A stretch of DNA of 64,000 nucleotides from Eledone cirrhosa (lineage: Eukaryota). The position numbers and the translations under genes were made by a program. The notes below the pieces were generated by a model. It made no database searches and had not been told where the DNA came from. It saw only the letters and a program-made list of their open reading frames with translations. Shown here in pieces: positions 58,662 to 64,000 of this stretch (positions within the stretch are counted from its first letter, which is position 1; every line of letters begins with the position of its first letter). The stretch spans positions 11,160,001 through 11,224,000 of the forward strand of contig OZ024751.1 of NCBI GenBank assembly GCA_964016885.1, written 5' to 3'.

Positions 58662-58737
58662 GCCCTTACCGATCGGTTTCCCTTTGCAAAACACTAGAAA
58701 TCCATTGGATTTTTAATGGGAAAGCAAAGTTCATCAG
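58662..58737 (-). ncRNA. Hammerhead (family H), 5' strand of stem I lost
   Basis: CTGATGA-A CTTTGC...GCAAAG G-GAAA CCGATCGG TA-AGGGC. Confidence 0.65.
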
Positions 58738-59406
58738 TATGTATATATGTATATATATATGTATATGTATATATGTATATGTATATATAGATATAGATAT
58801 ATGTATATATATATATGTATATATATATTTATTTATGTATATGTATATATATACATATGTATATATATATATATATATATTTATGTATATGTATAAATAT
58901 ATATATAGATGTATATATATATATATATATTTATGTATATGTATATATATATATGTATATGTAAATATATATATATGTATCTGTATATATGTATATGTAT
59001 ATCTATGTATATATGTATATATATATGTATATATGTATATATATATGTATATGTATATACATATATATATGTATATATATATATGTATATATATATGTAT
59101 ATGTATATATGTATATATATATGTGTATATGTATATGTATATATGTATATATATATGTATATATATATATGTATATATATGTCTATGTATATATATATAT
59201 GTATATGTAAATCTATATATATGTATATGTATATATATATTTATATGTATATGTATATATGTATATGTATATATATATACATGTATATGTATATATATAT
59301 ATGTATATGTATATATATATATGTATATGTATATATGTATATAGTATATATATATACATATTTATATATATGTATATATATATATGTATATGTATATATA
59401 TATATG

Positions 59407-59442
<36 letters not shown>

Positions 59443-59636
59443 TATATATGTATATATAAATATGTATATGTATATATAGGTATGTATATGTATATATATA
59501 TGTATATATGTATGTATATATATATGTATATATGTATGTATATATATATGTATATATAGATATATATATGTATATATATATATATGTGTATATATGTATA
59601 TATATGTATATGTATATATGTATATATATATATATG

Positions 59637-59667
<31 letters not shown>

Positions 59668-59869
59668 ATGTGTATATATATGTATATATGTATATGTATA
59701 TATGTATATACATATATATATGTATATATACATATATATATGTATATATATATGTATATCTATATATATATGAGTGAATGCAACTGGTGCATGTGTTTCT
59801 TATTGGCAACATGACCCTCCCAAAGTATAACAATATATATATATATGTATATGTATATATATATATGTA

Positions 59870-59910
<41 letters not shown>

Positions 59911-59943
59911 GTATATGTATACATATATATATATGTATATATC

Positions 59944-59974
<31 letters not shown>

Positions 59975-60211
59975 TTATATGTATATGTATATATGTATAT
60001 ATATATATATTTGTATATATATATATGTATAGATATATATGTATATATATATATATGTATATATATATATGTGTATATATGTATATATGTATATGTATAT
60101 ATATATAAATGTGTATATATGTATATATTTATATGTATATGTATATATATAAATGTGTATATATGTATATATTTATATGTATATATATATATGTGTATAT
60201 ATGTATATATT

Positions 60212-60269
<58 letters not shown>

Positions 60270-60380
60270 AAATGAGATTAATATGCCCACAGGTACTAAG
60301 TACCCACGGAAATATACAAGGTGTCTATAATACATTTGTTGTTCAATGGTATCAATTTGAATACCAGAACAATAAAATTG

Positions 60381-60436
<56 letters not shown>

Positions 60437-60925
60437 AGAAATATATATATATATATATTAGTAATGAACGGAACAAGTAAACATTAAACAATCATTTAAA
60501 TAAATTAAAATACGATTTAAATATTTACCTATCCAAAATGCTTTTACCGCCGGTTTTGCCTCACAAAAGATTGAAATCCAAAGGACTTCCAATGGAAAGA
60601 TCGGCTCTTCAGAAAGCTATTTCCATTCTATAGGACGTAAAGTCTCACAGTATGTAAATATATCGCTTACTGCCAGCTAGCTTAAAATGACCAACACATA
60701 AACTTGTCGTTAGTGAGAGCGGGAATATTATAGACGTGTTGTTTGCTACGCTACTAAAAATAGCAGTTAGGTACAACGCTTTTTTCTCTAGACACATAGG
60801 AGAATATACATAAAATGAGATTAATATCCCCACAGGTACTAAGTACCCACGGGAATATATAGGGTGTCTATAATACATTTGTTGTTCAATGGTATTAATT
60901 TGAGATACCAGAACTATCAAATTGA
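60270..60925. repeat. Dispersed direct repeat, ~110 bp (60270-60380 and 60812-60925)
   Basis: aaatgagattaatat.cccacaggtactaagtacccacgg...ataccagaac occurs twice. Confidence 0.85.
60540..60617 (-). ncRNA. Hammerhead (family H, diverged copy, G12>A)
   Basis: GCTTT-CTGAAGA-GCC...GGC-AAAA CCGGCGG TA-AAAGC; flank 60470-60531 is homologous to 58588-58653. Confidence 0.6.
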
Positions 60926-61076
60926 GATGACCGGAATAATTCCGCTAATCTCAATAATATATATGTATATTCATGTTTATTTATATGTTAATCAATTTCT
61001 AGTTATTATGTATATATATGTATATATATGTATATATATATATATATGTGTATATGTATATATATAAATGTATATA

Positions 61077-61263
61077 TAGGAAAATGTTAGACCCCGACGG
61101 CAGAGCTCAAGCCGTTTCGACGGCTATTGCTGCTAGCCGTCCAAACGGCTTGAGCTCTGCCGTCGGGGTCTAACATTTTCCTATTACCCACTCCACTCTA
61201 CCCTAAGTATTGAGTACTCTGGTGCGTTATGGTCCATCTGGTTCCTTACCACACTTCCTTCGT

Positions 61264-61266
<3 letters not shown>
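61077..61266 (+). mobile_element. Fold-back element family A
   Basis: 50-bp arms across 61077-61183 around a 7-nt loop, followed by the family tail. Confidence 0.78.
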
Positions 61267-61298
<32 letters not shown>

Positions 61299-61391
61299 CT
61301 ATATATATTGTTATACTTTGGGAGGGTCATGTTGCATATAAGAAATACACACACCAGTTGCTTTCACACCAATTTATTATGAATATGGAAC

Positions 61392-63130
61392 GTGTGGACC
61401 AGTGCCATACGGGCCCCCGAAAACCATGATGAACTAAAGAAAATGATTGCACATGCGGTGGGGGCCAGTATAAAACTAACCATTAAGGAACATATGTTCA
61501 TATTTAATGGAAAAACATATGCCCAAAAGGAGGGAGCAGCCATTGGTGATAGCATTGTAGGTGACATAGCTAACCTATTTATGGTATGGTTGGACAATAA
61601 ACTTAAAGAACAATTAGAAGACAACAACCTCTTAACCTTGACTATGTACTCCCGCTACGTTGATGATATAAACATCGTAGTAAAAACACTCCCACTAGAG
61701 AACAGTCAGGAATTAGAGAAAAACACAATGGAAAGCTTCCAGCAAATAGCTAACTCCATCCACCAGAGTATTAGAGTTACTATAGACTACCCAAGCAAAC
61801 ACCTCAACCATCGATTACCTGTCTTTACAAATCCTCCATTCCCATTATGCCAAACCCATGACTTCCAAATACCTGATCCACCGAAACTCAACTGTTTCGC
61901 ATCACACCAAAATCAACATACTGATTGCGGATATAGTACGGGTGATGAGAAACGTGTCCCGTATGTGCAACGCCAAAGAACTAGAGAGACACATACAACA
62001 CTTCATCCACTGTATGCAGTTCTCTGGTTACATTCAGAGAGATAAAATCAGAGTATATTGAACAGCCAGAACTAAATGGGAAAAAATGGTAAATAATGAT
62101 ACAAATGGGACCTGCCCCTTGTATAGGAGCAAATTTTGGAATAGAATAGAAAGAGCTAGGAATAAGGTTAATAGAATGGTATGATATCAATAAATACCAG
62201 GTTGTAATGTTCATCAATACAAACCCTAGGGGTGAACTAGGTTACAAATTTAGAAGGGCCCTAGATACACTTAAACTAAATATTAAGATAGTGGAAAGAC
62301 CAGGTACCTCCATAAAAACACTTATTAGAAATACATACCCTTTTCAAAGACCTCCCTGTATAGATAAGAAATGCATAATCTGTAAACTAAGCCCCCATAT
62401 TAACTGCAAAAGTAGAAACATTGTATATAGCATAAGATGTACTGAGGGACCATTTAAATATAAGAATATAATGTACATAGGTGATACTACAGCTCGTAGT
62501 ATAGGAGAACGATTAAATGAACAGTGGCGAGGGCTTCAAGATAGAAAAGACTCATCAGTACCCCACCAATATGCTAAAATAGAACATAAGGGCAAATTAG
62601 AGAACATAGAAATAAAAATAAAATCTACACAAAGAAAAAACGCAATGTTTAGACAAATCACAGAGACACTAAACATTAATGAACTTCAACCAAAATTAAA
62701 TAGAAAAGATGAATGGAATAGCTACATCACAACATACAATCAAGGACAAAATGGAAACACACACGCATAGAACAAACAACCAACTAGTAACATGTAAATA
62801 AACAAATAAATAAACAAATAAATACACACACAGACACCCGGATGTAACACATGCGCAAACTAAGCACACAACACACACAAAAACAATATGGCGCGAGACA
62901 GGACAAAGGAGAGGCACGAAAACAAAGAAAAGAATCCTCGGCCACTGATGAGGTCACAAAATGTGTGACGAAAGAACTTTGACAATATATGACCTACCAT
63001 GCGGTTGTGGATCCAACCAACCAACCGGAAATTTATAAATCTTTTTAAATTTATAATTTTATTTATAATAACGATATCGGTTTCAAGACACGTTTTCAGA
63101 TAAAGAATCTTGCTAAACAAATTCAGAAAT
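61392..63130 (+). mobile_element. Second, 5'-truncated and frameshifted Penelope-like element
   Basis: RT motifs YAQKEGAAIG..IANLFM, YSRYVDD, VTIDYPS; Cys linker CIDKKCIIC and GIY-YIG IVYSIRC..MYIG.T..RSIGER, RQITE..I....PKLN (62207-62770); hammerhead in the 3' UTR. Confidence 0.88.
62941..62983 (+). ncRNA. Minimal hammerhead in the PLE 3' UTR
   Basis: GCCA-CTGATGA-G GTCACA AAATG TGTGAC-GAAA GAAC TT-TGAC. Confidence 0.65.
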
Positions 63131-63139
63131 GTATATATG

Positions 63140-63217
<78 letters not shown>

Positions 63218-63352
63218 AATATGTATATATGTATATATATATGTATGTATATATATATGTATGTATATATATGTATATATATATGTATATATATATGTAT
63301 ATATACATATATATACACATATATATGTATATATGTATATATACATATATAT

Positions 63353-63406
<54 letters not shown>

Positions 63407-63489
63407 GTGTATATATATATGTATATATATATATACGTATATATATATACGTTGGTGTACGTATGTGTATTTTGTATGTATGTGTGTGC

Positions 63490-63535
<46 letters not shown>

Positions 63536-64000
63536 ATGTATGTATGTGTGTATTTATATGTATATAAGGTTGCGCGTAGGTATGTGTGCACTCGTATGTG
63601 TGTGTATATGTGTATGTTTGCGCGGGTCGTGCGTGTCGGACCGGATATATGGCGCGACTTAGGCAGGCGCTATTAGGCTTGTGGCGCTTGGTATTTAGAA
63701 GTGGGTGTGCCTGGGTCTATGGAAGAGAGGAAGAGTGTGTGCGTGTATATATGTGTGGGGATGTGTGTTTCTACGCATGTATGCGTACATATGTGTATGC
63801 ACGCATGTGTCTGTGTCTGCCTGTGTGTGTATATGTGTGTGTGTATATGTATGTGTGGTTGCATACTCTGGAGTGTGAACAGACGTGTGAGAGACCGAAC
63901 TCAGCATGACTCCATTGAAGTGTGTCGGACGGAAAATGGCTGATGACCCGTGTACCAGTAAGTTGTGACTAGAACTTAAGATGACGTGGAGTAACAACAG

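Noticed and set aside
63938-63980. CTGATGA motif near the window end (also 4468-4474 minus)
   Set aside because: No matching GAAA or stems within the visible sequence.

Overview
Eukaryotic non-coding DNA, extremely rich in (TA)n/(CA)n/(TATC)n microsatellites. The tRNA-derived SINE families and repeat landscape suggest a cephalopod (Octopus-like) genome (inference). No host protein-coding exon is supported; almost all ORFs in the track are translated microsatellites. Real coding remnants are all transposons: a nearly full-length Penelope-like element (PLE; RT + GIY-YIG) at 1-3831, a second decayed PLE at ~61.4-63.1 kb, a Tx1/L1-clade RT fragment fused to an internally deleted mariner (47.9-50.1 kb), and the 3' end of an RLE-type (R4/Dong-like) LINE. 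There are also about 10 SINEs, 4 MITEs with TIRs/TSDs, and several minisatellites. The main observation is that many of the short unique islands inside the (TA)n tracts carry type I hammerhead ribozyme motifs. Reading by eye I find about 9 sequence families and more than 15 motif copies, several with intact cores, paired stems and stem-preserving changes between copies. Many islands are fold-back palindromes whose pivot lies in or just upstream of the ribozyme. One family (40.5-41.0 kb and 56.6-57.35 kb) is a ~430-bp non-coding head-to-tail repeat with a minimal hammerhead and an octamer motif, i.e. a candidate retrozyme. All folds and coordinates were derived manually and need computational and biochemical confirmation.
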